A stretch of DNA of 64,000 nt. Source: Okamejei kenojei. Lineage: Eukaryota. The translations under genes were made by a program, and so were the position numbers. The DNA is taken from positions 26,970,001-27,034,000 of the forward strand of contig CM069155.1 in the NCBI GenBank assembly GCA_035221665.1. The letters run 5' to 3'. The notes under the pieces were generated by a model. That model had not been told where the DNA came from and did not search any database. It saw only the letters and a program-made list of their open reading frames with translations. Each line of letters begins with the position of its first letter. The stretch's first letter is position 1. This document shows positions 36,599 to 50,669 of this stretch, in pieces.

Positions 36599-38404
36599 GT
36601 TTATATATATATGTTGTGCTACTGTGAGTAAGAATCTCAGAGTTCCATTTTAGAACAAATGACAATAAAACTCCTCCAGACTCTTGACTCTTAAATATAA
36701 TTGAACCATAGCAATGGTGATTAGACATTGTCTGGCATAAACATCTTGTTAATGAAATTTAGAAGAATTCAATTGTTGCTCTGAATGACAAATGTGAGTT
36801 CAAACTCTATGTCATGTTTCTAAAATGCGATTTTTCAATTTAACATTTTTTAAATTTATTTTTGTTTGTCAATTTTTTTTTAAACCAAACTTGAAAAACC
36901 TATCATACACATATCTATGGTAGTCAATATCGAGTTGAACTTATTCTTAGGAAACCCTTCTGCCTCCTGATTCGATGATGATTAACTCAGTAATTCACTG
37001 ATTTAAATCCAGTGATCTACAAATATGCCTGACAAAGTGTCATTTCTTCATCTAAACCTAATTTTATTCTGTTCACATTGCCTATTAGCCTCCCGCTCTA
37101 GAAGTATTACATTTATTTGGCACAAAGGTCACTGCTAAGTTCTTTTTCTAAATGCCATTTTAGAAGCTTAAAGAGGCTGATCCCCTCTGACAAATTAATG
37201 TGCGTTTCCCTTCTTCCAGAGAACAGTAAAAGATCATGAAAATGTTTGACCTGTAGTTGGTAAATAAGCACATGCTTAAACCCACCTCCACAATGCTAAT
37301 GCATCAGGGTGGCATAATTGAGAAGCGAATACAAAGTTATACGCATCCCGGACCTTAAATCTAAAAGTTGTGAAAAGTACTTTCATTGTCAACAAAATGC
37401 AACTACTGTCTGGAACTGGGAGAGGAGAACCAGGTTCTGAAGAACTTTTAGCTTCTTTGATTTTTCACAGGAAAGGGATTTAAATTATGCTTTGTTTTTA
37501 TTTAGTACATGACCAATATTGTACTAAAGAAATATTCTATCTTCTGCTGTTTTCTTCCATAATATTAATTCAAGTTATTTTTTTCACTCGCTCCAGATAC
37601 TGCTGTGTATTTTTCTTTTGGCTTCAGTTCTCTGCTATAGCTCCGAGCTGCATTTTAGAACTTTTAGAAGCCACTTTTGGATAAGTTTTTTTGTATAATT
37701 TCTCTCAATATAAATAGATAGCTTCATTAACACAGCAATATTGGCCTCATTCTATTAAAGATATTTCCTTTGGCTTATCCATCCCTCTCTCATACCTCTG
37801 CATTTTAGAATGTGTCGTCTCACTATTCCAGATCTGGTGAAGCGGTTTTGACCTGAAACACTAATTTTGTTTTTTTCTTCCAATGCAACCAGATTTGCTG
37901 TGTTTTCAGCATTTAGTTTTCATTTCATATTTTGAGCATCTGCAATTTTTTTGATTTCCAATAATTGAACTCTTTGTCTGAGCTCAGATAGCAATGTTTA
38001 TCCATTTCCTCTTCTTCCATCACCACACCCTGCTATTATGTTATACATTTTACATAATGAACCCTGCACATTCTTCCAAAATAAATGTAACACTAATAAA
38101 TTTTGAGTCATTTTTAACCATCTCTTTGTTTGTGCAGATTAACTCAACTTCAAAAGCTCTGACTAGTTGGGATTAGTTATGTCGACCTTTCAGAAGACAT
38201 CATGGTTACATGTCTGTGTATCGTCACAACAGAGGAAAAATCGGTTATTAATAATATGAAAATAAATTGATAACATCATCTCCTTCGACACTGTTATACC
38301 ACATCAGGTCAAATTAGGATTTACAACAGGGTTTCTGTCATACAACTACTTCTGCATGGTTCTGCCCACTCACACAATATAAAAAATGATGGCAGTTAGC
38401 TTGC

Positions 38405-38587
38405 CTTGTAACGAGCGTGTTCTGTCAAAGTGAAAAGCCATCTCCCCGCTCTGTGTTTGCTTGTGAATCATGATCTGAGTCTGGGGCTTGCACCGCCTGT
38501 CACAAGGGTCAGAAGTGTGCGAGGTGGGAAGAGGGACACCATGGTGGGTTTTAATATGGACCCTTAAGTAGGAAGCAGTAGAAAAAC
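38405..38587 (-). CDS. PATZ1: PATZ1 exon 4 (183 nt, phase 1-1): GFSTASYLRVHIKTHHGVPLP...AFHFDRTRSLQ
   Basis: TTTTTCCTCAG| acceptor; completes the finger begun in exon 3. 3' end placed at a GC donor, CAAG|GCAAGC (see findings). Confidence 0.85.
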
Positions 38588-39414
38588 CTGAGGAAAAAGA
38601 CAGAAGAGATTCTGTCACTCCATCAGATGAAATCTCAGCACCCCTGACTTCTGAACATCAGAGGTTAAAATATTCCAGAATTCCATTCTTAAAATATTTA
38701 TTTTCTAATGGGGATATTTTACATTCAATACATTTTCTTCTCAGCTGCTTATCCAAATATATACAATACTTGATGTTAGGCAGTCTCCTTCATCTGGAGG
38801 TGATGCAACTTTAATCAGTAGTTTTATATAACACATTAGTATCAGGGTATGTTATAGGAATAAAAACATACTTGCATCATTATACTTGTTTTGTGATTCT
38901 CATGTTCTCAAGCAGGTCCAGAGAATGTTGCCACAAGTAGGAGACCCATAACCAGTACAATTTCTGCAGTTCCAAATTTTCATATTGACAACTCGTTCAG
39001 AAGAACAGATTTGAAAACAGTAGAAGTATGTTCTTAAAACGATTGTCAAAATTCTACTTTCAATCGTAAACTCAGAACTGCAGGGCTGAGCTGTTTTCCA
39101 ATGCATCCACCTCAGTTCAGGCTTGCAGCCTTTATTCAATACTGTGTAGAAGCTAGGCCTTGGTTTGAAGCAGTGCTGATGCAGGGCCTTCATTTAGAAC
39201 TGGGATGCAGGATGGGGATAAATTAATGCTGAAACTACATGGTCCCAAAATAATATCAACCAAAAGGCATTCTTTCTTTACTTTGTTGAGCTAGATGAAT
39301 CAGTTTAACAGAGTCTGTGAAAAATACTGGCTGATCTGGCCTCTCCTGAAATAGGGTACAAAACATTAACAACTAGCTACTAAGGGGTTAAAAGGTACAG
39401 GTCAGGGGAAAAAA

Positions 39415-40010
39415 AGTCCCAGCCTATCCAGCCTCTCTTTATAACTCAAACCCTCCAGACCCAGTAACATCCCTGTACATTTTTATTTCACCCTTTCCAG
39501 TTTATTGACATCCGTCCTGTAGCAAGGCAACCAAAACGGTATTCAAAACTCCAAATGTGACTTTATCAATGCTTTGTAGAGATGCAATATGATGCCAGAA
39601 ATGTATACACAATACCCTGATGGATGAAGGCAAGCATGCCAAATGCCTTCCACTTCACCCTGTCTAACTGTGTCACCATATTCATGGAACTATGTACCTG
39701 CACCCTTAAACCTTCCCCAGGTCCATATTATTTATTGTGCAGGTACTGCTCTGGTTTGTCTTACCAAATACCTTTGTATTTGTTGGAATTAAACTCTTGT
39801 CACTCCTCGCCCCAGCGACCCACTTGATCAAGATACCATTGTGATATTCGATAATCGTCTTCATTATCTATTGCACCACCAATTTTAGTGTCATGCATAG
39901 ATTTACTAATCCCGTTACTTGCAATCTCATCCAAATCATTGATATAAATAACAAAAGGTAGATCGATCACAGATCCTCTTGGCAGAACATTTGTTCCAGA
40001 CGTCCTGTTC
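39415..40010 (-). mobile_element. Degraded CR1 RT fragment
   Basis: LPRGSVIDLPFVIYINDLD...SKSMHDTKIGG resembles the RT motif PQGSVLGP..FxIYINDLD..FADDTK. Confidence 0.8.
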
Positions 40011-40639
40011 AATAATAACTATACAACTGTAAAATCAAAAGATTGTGGGTTGTGACACAACCACCCACTTAGTTAACTGGTTTGGATCTTTGCAATGCAG
40101 TTGGTAAACAATTGATTACTATACAAATGCCATAATTGTGACTTCAAGAAGTGGATAAATCCAAATGGCATGGAGTTGTCTTCCTCAACTGTCTTCTCTG
40201 TTACTCTTTGAATCACAATGCGAGTTGTGTCGTAAATAAACAAACACAGAGAGTGGGAGAGGATAAGGGAAACCGTTATGATGGGAGAGCCAGGAGGCAT
40301 GGGAGGAGCAGCTGCCAGCTGGTGTGAGTGAGACTATTGAGCCCTCTCAGCTCTATTTGCTCAACTCAGTTAATTGTTGAAGCTTGGGGTTGGAATGGGG
40401 AGTAAAGGCATGTAAAAATGGCCCATTCCCTCCTGCATAAGATGTCTGTGGCCCCACAGCAGCTGTCAAATCCATCCTGTTAGTCTCCAAAACACACATT
40501 TGTATGTGTGGGCTGTCAATACATTGGATGTGCATAGGTGGGAGGAACTGCATCTTTCTCAAATTTGCATGCCCTCAGAAAATCGTCTCAATCTTAGGTC
40601 TCATACATGATGGCATGCAAGCCGCAATTTTAACCAAAC

Positions 40640-41430
40640 CTTGAGAGCAAGTATAAAGTAAGTGACCACTTTGCCAAGCACTTGCGCTCCATCCACCATG
40701 CCTCTTGGAGCTCCCCATTGCTAACCATTTGAATTCCTCTTCCCATTCCCACACTGACATTTCTGTCTTGTCTTTCCCTCTGCCATGGTTAGGCCAACCA
40801 CATACTAGAGAAACAGCGCCTTATATTCCACCTGGGTAGTCTACAACCTAACAGCTTGAATATTGAATTTTCCAATTTCAGGTCATCTTTATCCCCTCGT
40901 CCTCTTTTTCTCTCCAACGGACCTACCCAGGTCCTCTCACATACCCACATGCACATGTGCACACTCACACGCACCCTTTTTCCGACCAAGCCAACCCAGT
41001 TTCGTTCTCCTCCCCCACTTGTCAATCATACAAAATCCTCCTACCATGACCTTTATACCTTCTCCTACTGTTCCCATTGGCCCACCATCTCTCCTTTATT
41101 TGGTTCTTGTCAGATTCCATAATCTGCAAACCTTTGTCATCTCCACATCTCCTCCCAGCTCCTGTCACCATCTCCACCACTCCTACCTTACTCCATCTGC
41201 CAATCAATCTTTCCACATCTGAATGCACCTATTGCTTGCAGCTCATGCGTCACTTCTCCCTGCCACCTCTTTATACAGGCTATCTCTTTTCTACTCTTTC
41301 AATCCAGGTGAAGAATCATGACCAACAACGAGGGTCCATTTCCCTATTCGGATGCTGGCGGGGCTTTTGAGATTCTTTAGCAGTTTGTTTTTTGCTCCAA
41401 AGTCCAGCATCTGCAGGCTCTTATATATCC
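40640..41430 (+). mobile_element. Penelope-like element fragment (GIY-YIG C-terminus)
   Basis: LEKQRLIFHLGSLQPNSLNIEFSNFR followed by a pyrimidine-rich 3' region. Confidence 0.75.
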
Positions 41431-42077
41431 ACCTTTCAATGAACGCAACTGGAGCACGGTGAAAAACTCAGGCTTCCTTTTCTAAAGGATTTATTCGTTT
41501 CGGAACTGTAGTGAAGGTACACAAGAAGATTCCTGGGAGAGCATGTCTATCACACAAGGAGAGACTGTGCAGGCTAGCCCTCTACTCTCCATACCATGTT
41601 CTTCCATTAACATGTTCTTCCATCAATACTTATTGATTTCCTGATATTTAATTATCAGTCTATCTTGGTCTTGAAAATATGCAGTGACTGAGCGTCTAGC
41701 CCTTGTACGTACAGAATTCCAAGGATTTAGTACTCTTGTAGAGAAAGAATGTCTTCAAATCTTGGTCCCAAAAATGAACCCTTACTTTGAGACTATTCCA
41801 CTCATCCCAGCCAGGTGAAATAGCAACCCTGCATCACACTATCTGTAACACGTACTCAGCATTTCTCTCACCACAGATATTCAAGTATTCTATTTTAATT
41901 TAAGATTACTAGCAACTTCTCTTTTGCTAATTCAGCAGTTTTTTTTAAAATCTTACTGTGCTTATTCACTTCTACTGGTGCATCTTGAACTGAAGAGTAG
42001 TTCCAGTGCTTCTGTTTTTTTACTTCAGGCTTCTAGCAATCAGTTATTGTTTTTGATCTACCCTGTCAAGTCCTATA

Positions 42078-42352
42078 AGGTGGCACAGTGGCGCAGCAGT
42101 AACGTTGCTGCTTTACAGCGCCAGAGACCCTGGTTCCATCCTGACTACAGATGCTGTCTGTACAGAGTTTGCACGTTCTTCCTTTACCGTGTGGGTTTTC
42201 TGCAGGTGCTCTGTTTTCTTCCTACATTCCAAAGATGGTTTGTAGGTTAATTGGCTTCTGTAAATAGTGTGTGGAATAGGACAAGTGTACGGGTGATTGG
42301 TGGTTGGCGCGGATGCAGTGTCTGTTTCCACGCTGCATCTCAAAAACTAAAA
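42078..42352 (+). mobile_element. HE1-like tRNA-derived SINE
   Basis: GGCACAGTGGCGCAGCAG...GGTTCCATCCTG head with A/B-box-like motifs, conserved core, CTAAAA tail. Confidence 0.8.
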
Positions 42353-43864
42353 CCAAGTATTTTACATGTTTCAGCAAGATCATCTCTCCTGCAACCATTG
42401 TTGGTACATTTAGTGATTCATATACAAGGACAACTAGATCGTTTTAAACAACACTTTTCAACCCCTCATCATTTAGAAAATACTCCACTCTTTTTTTACC
42501 AGGGGACGGTTTCATATTTTCCCAGTTAATGTTCCATCCACGTCTTTGTCCATTCACTTGGACTTTCTATATTATCTTGAAATATTTCTATATTCTCTTC
42601 ATAATTCAGACTGCTATCCAGCTTTGCATTATTAGCAAATTTAGATATTATACACCATGCTCTGTTCCCTCGTCAAAATAATTGAAATAGACCACAAACA
42701 GCCAGGGCACATGCACTCATCCCTTGTTACCACATGCCAACCTAAAGATAACTTTTTATTAACTCTTACTGTTTTCTATCCATTAACAAAATCAACCCAT
42801 GCCAGTATCTTACTTCCAATCACATGTACTCTCAATTTATTTAACAATGTCTTATATTGCACCGCTAATCAATTACCTATACTTCTGATACCAGAAAACT
42901 GTAGATAAAACATACAGAATTATCCATGACAAGCAAAACAGAAACATCTTGTCTTCAATTAACAAATTGGGAACAACTAAAGATTTAGACTGAAATCATT
43001 GTTATCATTCTACATGCTACAAAGCTAAAATTATTTTCTGACTAAATAGATACTGGAGATTTAAACAAATTAAACCAGTGATCAAACAAGCCCGCTCATG
43101 TACATCCACTCCACAATCGCTATCCAAAAATAATCTGCACTTGGTAGTTGCTTCTTAAACGTTGATTAAACCTTTGCAAAGAAGAATTAAGATTAGGTCT
43201 TAATTTAGGAACAAGTTGCTATCACAACTAAAGCACGTAGACTAATGACAATGACTAAAGCATTGAAAGGACAGAATTATATATTCTCAACATAGCATTG
43301 TGATTGGTTTCCTGGAGCAGATTTATTGACCATTGACCCGACACAAGCTCAATTTGATCATGGCAACAGGGGAATTTAAACAATTATTTGTTTATAATTA
43401 AATACACCTTAATTTAAAGCTAGCTGCAGTAAAAGTAACTTTGAAGCAAACAAACTACCACAAAAACCCATCTGATTCACTTATGCATCTCAAGGCAAGA
43501 AGTACCACTGTGGACAATAAATACCATGTATAAATAAATAAAGCAAACCTTTCCTAACGCAACTCCAGGAAATATTTGGAGTTCATGTCCCAATTTGTCT
43601 GAAAGTACTAATCTGAAAGATTATATCCAGAGAAATAAATAAGAGCATGATAACTGATTAAAATGTGATAAAGTTAAAGATAGAGTGCAAAAGAAAAGTA
43701 GGTTCCCTACTCCTGATCACATCTGCTAAAGCTTATTTGAAATTTGCGGGCATGATGAACGTCATGCTAGGGCAAAGTTTATTGGCATTGCCTGAAAATA
43801 GTTTCCAAAATCAACTGACTATGCTCATTCACAGATAACATGTATCAAGTGTTTACCCGCATAA

Positions 43865-44098
43865 GGTCATAAGTGATACGAGTAGAATTAGGCCATTCGG
43901 ACCATCAAGTCTACGCTACCATTCAATCATGGCTGATCTATCTCTCCCTCTTAACCCCATTCTCCTGCCTTCTCCCCATGACCTCCGACACCTGTACTAA
44001 TCAAGAAAATATCTATCTCTGTCTTAAAAAATATCTACTGACATGGCCTCCACAGCCTTCTGTGGCAAAGAATTCCACAGATTCACCACCCTTTGACT
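43865..44098 (-). mobile_element. CR1 3' tail fragment
   Basis: Reverse complement of the CR1 3' end seen elsewhere in the window. Confidence 0.75.
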
Positions 44099-44810
44099 AA
44101 GCAGAGCCATAGTCCAGAAGAAATAGAGTTATTGGGTGAGGTGTGGTCATTGGGGAGAAAGATCTATGGCACCTGGAGATTGGAAAAAAAACTACCAGGG
44201 TAATCCTGCAATAATTACGTCAGTGAATATACATTTTTTCCTTGTATATACAAAATCCAATCAAAATATATTAAACATTTTAATTCCATAGCCACATATA
44301 TTTTCAGAATATATTTCCCATTCTTTTCCCCTTCCAATTATCAATTATTGACTGGAGGTTGCACTTTTCAGTGAGTTTCTACTCTTTGAGTCAATTATCC
44401 AACAAACTCTAAATACATAACTGACCATTTGGGTTTAAATGTGACAAATATGTTGCACATGTGAAAATCTGAAACATAACACGCATTTCTGAAACAATTT
44501 TGGATAATGGAACACAATCTATTTACATGAATGTTAACGATGACCTTTCAAGCACAAAAATATATACATTTTTAAAATCGTATTTTAAAATCAAGAATCA
44601 TTCACCATTTCTATCATATTGTAAATTCATGTGTTTATACTATCTTTTTAAGTAGTTAAGGTACAAAAATTCTCTAATCAGGTATCTCCGATCAAGATTA
44701 TTTGCATCTCTACAGCAATAACCTTCCGTGGAAGAAATTTGCACACCCATTTGTACTTCCATCTTTTAAATTAATCATTTGTTCGCTTTTAACTTTCATT
44801 ACAAAATTAC

Positions 44811-44982
44811 CTTTATTACAGATGTTGCAGATGTTATTTGGCCCTTCATTGTGCTTTTTGATATGGTCAGTCATGTAAGCCGCACGCAAGTATTTCCCGC
44901 ACACCTGACAGGGAACTTTCTCCTCATGACATGTCAAGTGAGAGCGCAGACGGTCTTTGGTAGCAAAGGAAGCTTCACAAGT
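44811..44982 (-). CDS. PATZ1: PATZ1 exon 3: TCEASFATKDRLRSHLTCH...NICNICNK
   Basis: 172-nt exon with canonical AG/GT sites, encoding C2H2 fingers. Confidence 0.96.
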
Positions 44983-45427
44983 CTGGAAAAATACATCAAT
45001 AACAAGGAAAATGTTCAAATAATTTAAACATCATTATCCAGTGAACAGTTTAATTACAAATCAACATTTAGAGATTAAGCAGGCATGATAATTTCCTTTC
45101 ATTCTGTTTGTAAATTCACTACCAACATGGACTGATCCAGGAAATGAAAGTGGCCCCAGCATTATACCAAGCTCCGAAAACAGTTACACCCGAGTTAAGG
45201 ACATTATTATTTGTTGGTGTATCTCCACCAAGCTTCTTTTCGGTATCTACCATAGAAAAATATGAATGTGAGGTTATTGGATGAAGATGGATATGACTTT
45301 CTGCAGAGATCTCCATAATAAAATCAAGCTGTAAGCTACATTGCTATACGCACAAAATATGCTTGGAGAAAAAAACCCTTAAATTACCATTTTTTGGACT
45401 TTGCAAGATGTTGAAGCACTAACTCAC

Positions 45428-45491
45428 CTGACATTTAAAGGGTCTCTCTGCAGTGTGCACTTGTTTGATGTGGCCATTCAAGTGATCAGGT
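45428..45491 (-). CDS. PATZ1: PATZ1 exon 2: PDHLNGHIKQVHTAERPFKCQ
   Basis: 64-nt exon, TTTTCCAG| acceptor and CAG|GTGAGT donor, in frame with exon 1. Confidence 0.96.
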
Positions 45492-46979
45492 CTGGAAAAG
45501 AAAATTGGCATCGGGTCGATACGGAACTGTAAGATCACATGCAGCCTCAAAAAATAGGCAACTCTGCTGCCGAATATCGTTTTTCTTTTTAGAAATGTTA
45601 TAATTATTTGGAATGTGAACACCACTGATAAGACCGGCATTTATTCCAAGTTGCATAAGAAGCTAGTGGTGAGACACTTCCTTGAACTGCTGCAGCCTGT
45701 ATGTGAAACTCTTCAAATCAATGCTGTTATTGTTACCGGGTGGGGAATTTCAAGATTTAACTCAACGATAAATACGGAATTGTAATACACATTCAATAAA
45801 GATGACAAGCACCATGCACTTGCTACCCTTGACATTTTGTTTGATTTAAACAGTTCTGCTTGAGAAGTCTTTACAACACCCACGATGATACCTTGGGGTG
45901 AATGATGAATTCAATATAATCCAACAGCAGAATAAGGGGAAAATACTTTAAATCCATAAAATACTCCATTGATAACACCATCAGCCAATAAATTAATGTC
46001 AAAATGCTTAATACTTTGAAGGGATGACTCTGGCTCAATTTTTTTTTAATTCATCACTTCAAAATGTTTTCCCCTAATGGCCACCATCCAAGCTAAATTT
46101 CCTTCAACATATGCAAAACTTTAGCAGAATAAACTAAATTGAATTATTAAAAAATGATATATTGTCTGCTAATTCTTTAGAATATCTATATCCCAATTTT
46201 CTTTCACGCAAACATCAGCAAAAAATAATGATTGTTGGCAATCTTGGTAAAACATCTAGAGATACTCATCACAACCATACTTTATTGACTGCCACTATTA
46301 GTTGAAGGTACATGTGCATATGGCAAGAAAGTTGACACGATTTTTCCCTTCTCTTTTCATCAGTCTTTTGAAGGGGCATTCATACCTTTGATTTCTAGGA
46401 CTTTATCCAAATTGATTTTTTTCTCTCCCTTTCAATATTGATAGCACAATTGTGTACAATAAACTCTTGTTAAAACAGACCATAGGGGGAGGAGAACGGT
46501 GTCCGTTTTTGCCGATCATCCACTATAACTGAGTAACGGATTAGCATTGTATGTAGTTGAAACAAAGAACTGCAGATGGCAGTTAATACACAAAAGCATC
46601 TTGTACGCATTTTCACAACTTCATCTTGCACCTTATTACTGTAAATTTGATTGGTCCAAATCTAATGCATGCCTATTCTTGCATCAGCACTCTATTATCC
46701 CTGTGGCAACTCTAATTTCATGAATGATGCTAAGGCCCAGTGTTACAACTATTTAGTGGCCTATCCATAACTCCAACCAATGTTTTCTACTCTTTGCTAA
46801 TTTCTTAACTCAACCTAAATTTATTCTATCCAGCCACAATCATTTTTTCATCTCCTTTATTATAGTATTATACTGTTCATATTTAGTTCCCAGCTTTGGA
46901 CACTCTGCAACCACGTTTCTGTAATGGCAATTAGATCACACCCGTATTGTTTAATTTGCGCCATTGATTCATTTATCTT

Positions 46980-47075
46980 GGGTACACAAAAAGCTGGAGA
47001 AACTCAGCGGGTGCGGCAGCATCTAAGGAGTGAAGGAGATGGGCAACGTTTCAGGCCGAAACCCTTCTTCAGACT
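46980..47075 (-). mobile_element. Short Penelope-derived element with hammerhead core (47045-47072)
   Basis: Close reverse-complement match to 60988-61082. Confidence 0.75.
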
Positions 47076-47079
47076 TAAA

Positions 47080-48165
47080 TTAAGTTTAATTAATCTAGTT
47101 GCAAATACTGCAAATAGAGATACTCCACTTTTAACTTGGTTAAAAGTATATAAAAATATATACCAAGATTACAGAATATAACGATAGACCCACTGGAAGA
47201 AGCAATGAATATTAAGGCGGACTCACAAAAATTAATATCATATCTATATAACAGTATTCTTAATAGAGAATTGCCTTCAACAGAGGCAATTAGAGAAGAC
47301 TGGGAAAAAGATTTAATGATAAAAATTTCTAAAGAAACATGGGAGAGGTATTTGATATATATACATAAATGTTCGATTAACTCTAGACATAATTTAATTC
47401 AATTTAAAATATTACACATACTATATTATTCAAAAGTTAGGTTGAATAAATTTTATTCAAATATCTCACCAATTTGTGATAAATGTCTTTCTCAAAATGC
47501 CAATCTTACACACTCTTTCGTTTCTTGCATAAAACTTCAAAGTTTTTGGTGTGATATATTTGATATATTCACTAGTTTAAGATAAAAATGAATCCTAGCA
47601 TGAAAATGATTATCTTTGGAGATGTAAATAAATTAAATATATCCCAAATCTCATTTTTTTAATTATGGTTTAATAATAGCAAAAAAACTCATACTTAAAT
47701 TTTGGAAAAAGGCTACTATACCAACACTCAAAATGTGGATTGGTAATATGTTGGAAACGGCACATTTGGAAGAAATGAGACTCCTCCTAATAGAAAAAAA
47801 ATACCAATTCTTAACGAGTTGGTCTCCATTTATTGACCTTGTGGAATCATGCGGTGTAATATCATCATAAAATTAAAAATTCTGGGTTTGACTGAAAATT
47901 GATTAAGAATATTAAAAAAAAACATCGACTGGTTTTGTGGGAGAATCTCCTTTCTGCTTTACTTTCTCACATTTCTTTCATCACTCTACACTCACTGGTC
48001 TATTCTTTACTCTTCACTACTTTTTTTCTCATTTCTTTCTAAAAAAAATGTTTTTAAAAAAAAGGAACTTGTACAAATAATGTTTCTGGGAACCTGTAAA
48101 AAGGTACCATTAAAATGTAATGTACTTCTAATAATTTTTTTTTAAATAAAAAAATAAATAAATAA
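47080..48165 (+). mobile_element. L1-clade LINE 3' fragment
   Basis: ORF 47205..47585 with IQFKILH...CDKC-x8-H-x4-C (ORF2 C-terminal CCHC motif); A-rich tail near 48145-48165. Confidence 0.85.
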
Positions 48166-48329
48166 CTTGGTTATTTTAACAATGTTTTGTAATTTCTTGC
48201 TCGACTTTCCTTAACTGCTTTTCTAGATTCCCTAAATTTGGTAGGACCTCATTTCATGACCATGAGGCGATTAAACCTTTCATGATGTTCTGAAACCACC
48301 CAGCAACATGCTTGACCCTAGCACAGGAG

Positions 48330-48570
48330 GGGCAACATCCATTGTGGTCACCTCTGCATTGGAGACACCAAACGCAAATTGGATGATCACTCTGCATTAT
48401 TGAGCTTCTCGTAACCTGCCACTTTAATTCTCATCCTAGTCCCACTCTGACCTATCTGTCTGTGGTCTCCTACACTGTTACAATGAGGCCTAATACAAGC
48501 TTGAGGAGCAACATCTCATCCTTTGTCTGGGCAAGCTGCACCCTTCTAATATCAAATACTCCAACTTGAT
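48330..48570 (+). mobile_element. Penelope-like GIY-YIG remnant
   Basis: ETPNANWM.../KLEEQHLILCLGKLHP is homologous to 13200-13430. Confidence 0.6.
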
Positions 48571-48789
48571 GTAATTCTCTCTGTCTGAACATGAACTGGC
48601 CATTTCTGTCAGTCACCCATTTGTGATTTTGCCTCAGATTTGCTCAGCCGGTCCTGCTCAGGCCTTGCTCAGCTGGTCCTGACATGAAATGCAGCATGTC
48701 ACTCAGCCCTACCATTAGCAACATATTTCATTGACAAAGAAGCATAATCTGACTCTAACTGCCACATTAGAAAGTGATTAGATTAGTGA

Positions 48790-49035
48790 GAAAAAACTTT
48801 TTACCCAGAGAGTTGTGAATTTATGGAATTCCCTGCCACAGAGGGCAGTGGAGGCCAAATCACTGGATGGTTTTAAGAGAGCGTTGGATAGAGCTCTAGG
48901 GGCTAGTGGAGTCAAGGGATATGGGGAGAAGGCAGGCACGGGTTATTGATAGCGGACGATCAGCCATGATCACAATGAATGGCGGTGCTGGCTCGAAGGG
49001 CCGAATGGCCTCCTCCTGCACCTATTTTTCTATGA
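48790..49035 (+). mobile_element. CR1 3' end
   Basis: FTQRVVNLWNSLPQRAVEA and the GGCTCGAAGGGCCGAATGG tail. Confidence 0.85.
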
Positions 49036-50669
49036 ATCCATTTGGGCTAACTCTAGCAGAGATACTCCTTTATCTTTACGATACAATAGCACTTTGTTTA
49101 TCCCCGGAGGGAAATTGGTCTGCCAACAGTCATAAAACACAACATGGCACATGAAACAAGAAATTAATGATAAATTAAAGTGACGAGTGGAAAGTCCAGG
49201 ATTCGGGATGTGCAAAGATTGGGAGGGGAGTCAGTCTACCCCATGGCAGAAGGGAGAGGTGTTGTACAGTTTGATAGCCACTAGGAAAAAGGATCTCCTG
49301 CAGCATTCTGTGCTGCATTTTGGTGGAACAAGTCTGTTGCTGAAGGTGCTTCCGAAATCAGAAATGCAGCCACCTGCAAAATATTTTAAATTAAAACAGG
49401 CCAACCAAAAGCAAGGCAGTTTAACTCAACCACTCAGATATTGCCATGGACTATGTTCGTACACGGCAGAAGATGCCTGCAGTTCACAGCAAACAGCAAA
49501 TCCATCCCGCCTGTCTCCCAAATGCTTGTTTGCTTGCATGTATGTGCTGCACATAAATTGATTGTTCTTATTCTGGAGAGCACCTGTAATTTGTTTTCTC
49601 TCTTCGCCATTCTGATGAGTCTCAGATCTAAAATGTTAAATCTTTCCAGATATGCTATCTGAGATAATCAATGTTTCCTCCATTTTCTGCTTTCATTTCA
49701 AGTGTCTTAATGTTTATCACAAGAAAACAGAATTCGGTTGTAGTAAAGAAATATTCAAAATTCACTGAATGCATCTTGGGAAATCAAAATCTACCAAACA
49801 GAACAGGTTTGTAAAGAAGTACAAGAGTTAAGTTGAGGGTACTTTAACAGTGATTAGTGGATACTAAATTAAAAAAAAATACATACCAATTGTTGGCAGT
49901 GGCAACAACTGAAATGACGAGTTGTAAGCAACAAATGGATTAAAATAAAGGATTTACAAGGAGGACAATATACCTGGCATTACAACAGGTATTAGTAACT
50001 ATCATGTACACTTAGGTTTAACAAAATAAGCAGATATGGAAAGGGGAGAAAAAAAAATTAAGGCAGTGTGGACTAAAATTGGCCATCATGAAAAACAGAT
50101 TTGATTCCTTCTCTAGACTAAATAAAGAATAATAAATGAAGTTGAATGTACAGTCCAGCCAACTTATTATCAAACTATCAAAAAGATAAAATGAGGAGAT
50201 TTTTCACAAGTTGAACTTGCCAACCGACACCTGGTCCTGGTTACAACTGTTGAAAACTAGTAGAATCAAAAGGTCAGCAATGTCTTTGAAGGTATAAACA
50301 AAGGATAACACAACACACCTGGGAACCCAATTAAATGGATTAGCAGCAAATGGCAATACAATAAACCAACTGTTGGAGAACATATCCAAGTCGTGGAAAG
50401 GGGAGAGAAGTGATCATAAAAGGAAAATGAGAGTTTCTGCACACAGCCATTCGTTTCCACCAACCAGCCCTCCCTCCAGTTTTAGGTTTCACTCCTCTTC
50501 CTTCCTGATGTTTCCCCATCTGCACCTTTTTGTCTCCATTTCACCTCTAGCCTTTGTTACCATCTCCACCCTTCTGCCACTCGCCCTCTTCACCAGAACC
50601 CACCAATTTCTGCTCCATCCCTTCCCCTCACCTCTCTTTAATAGCATTCTCCCTTCTATTCCATCAATT

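Noticed and set aside
42078-42150. Possible tRNA gene
   Set aside because: A/B-box-like head continues into a SINE core and tail; no complete cloverleaf.
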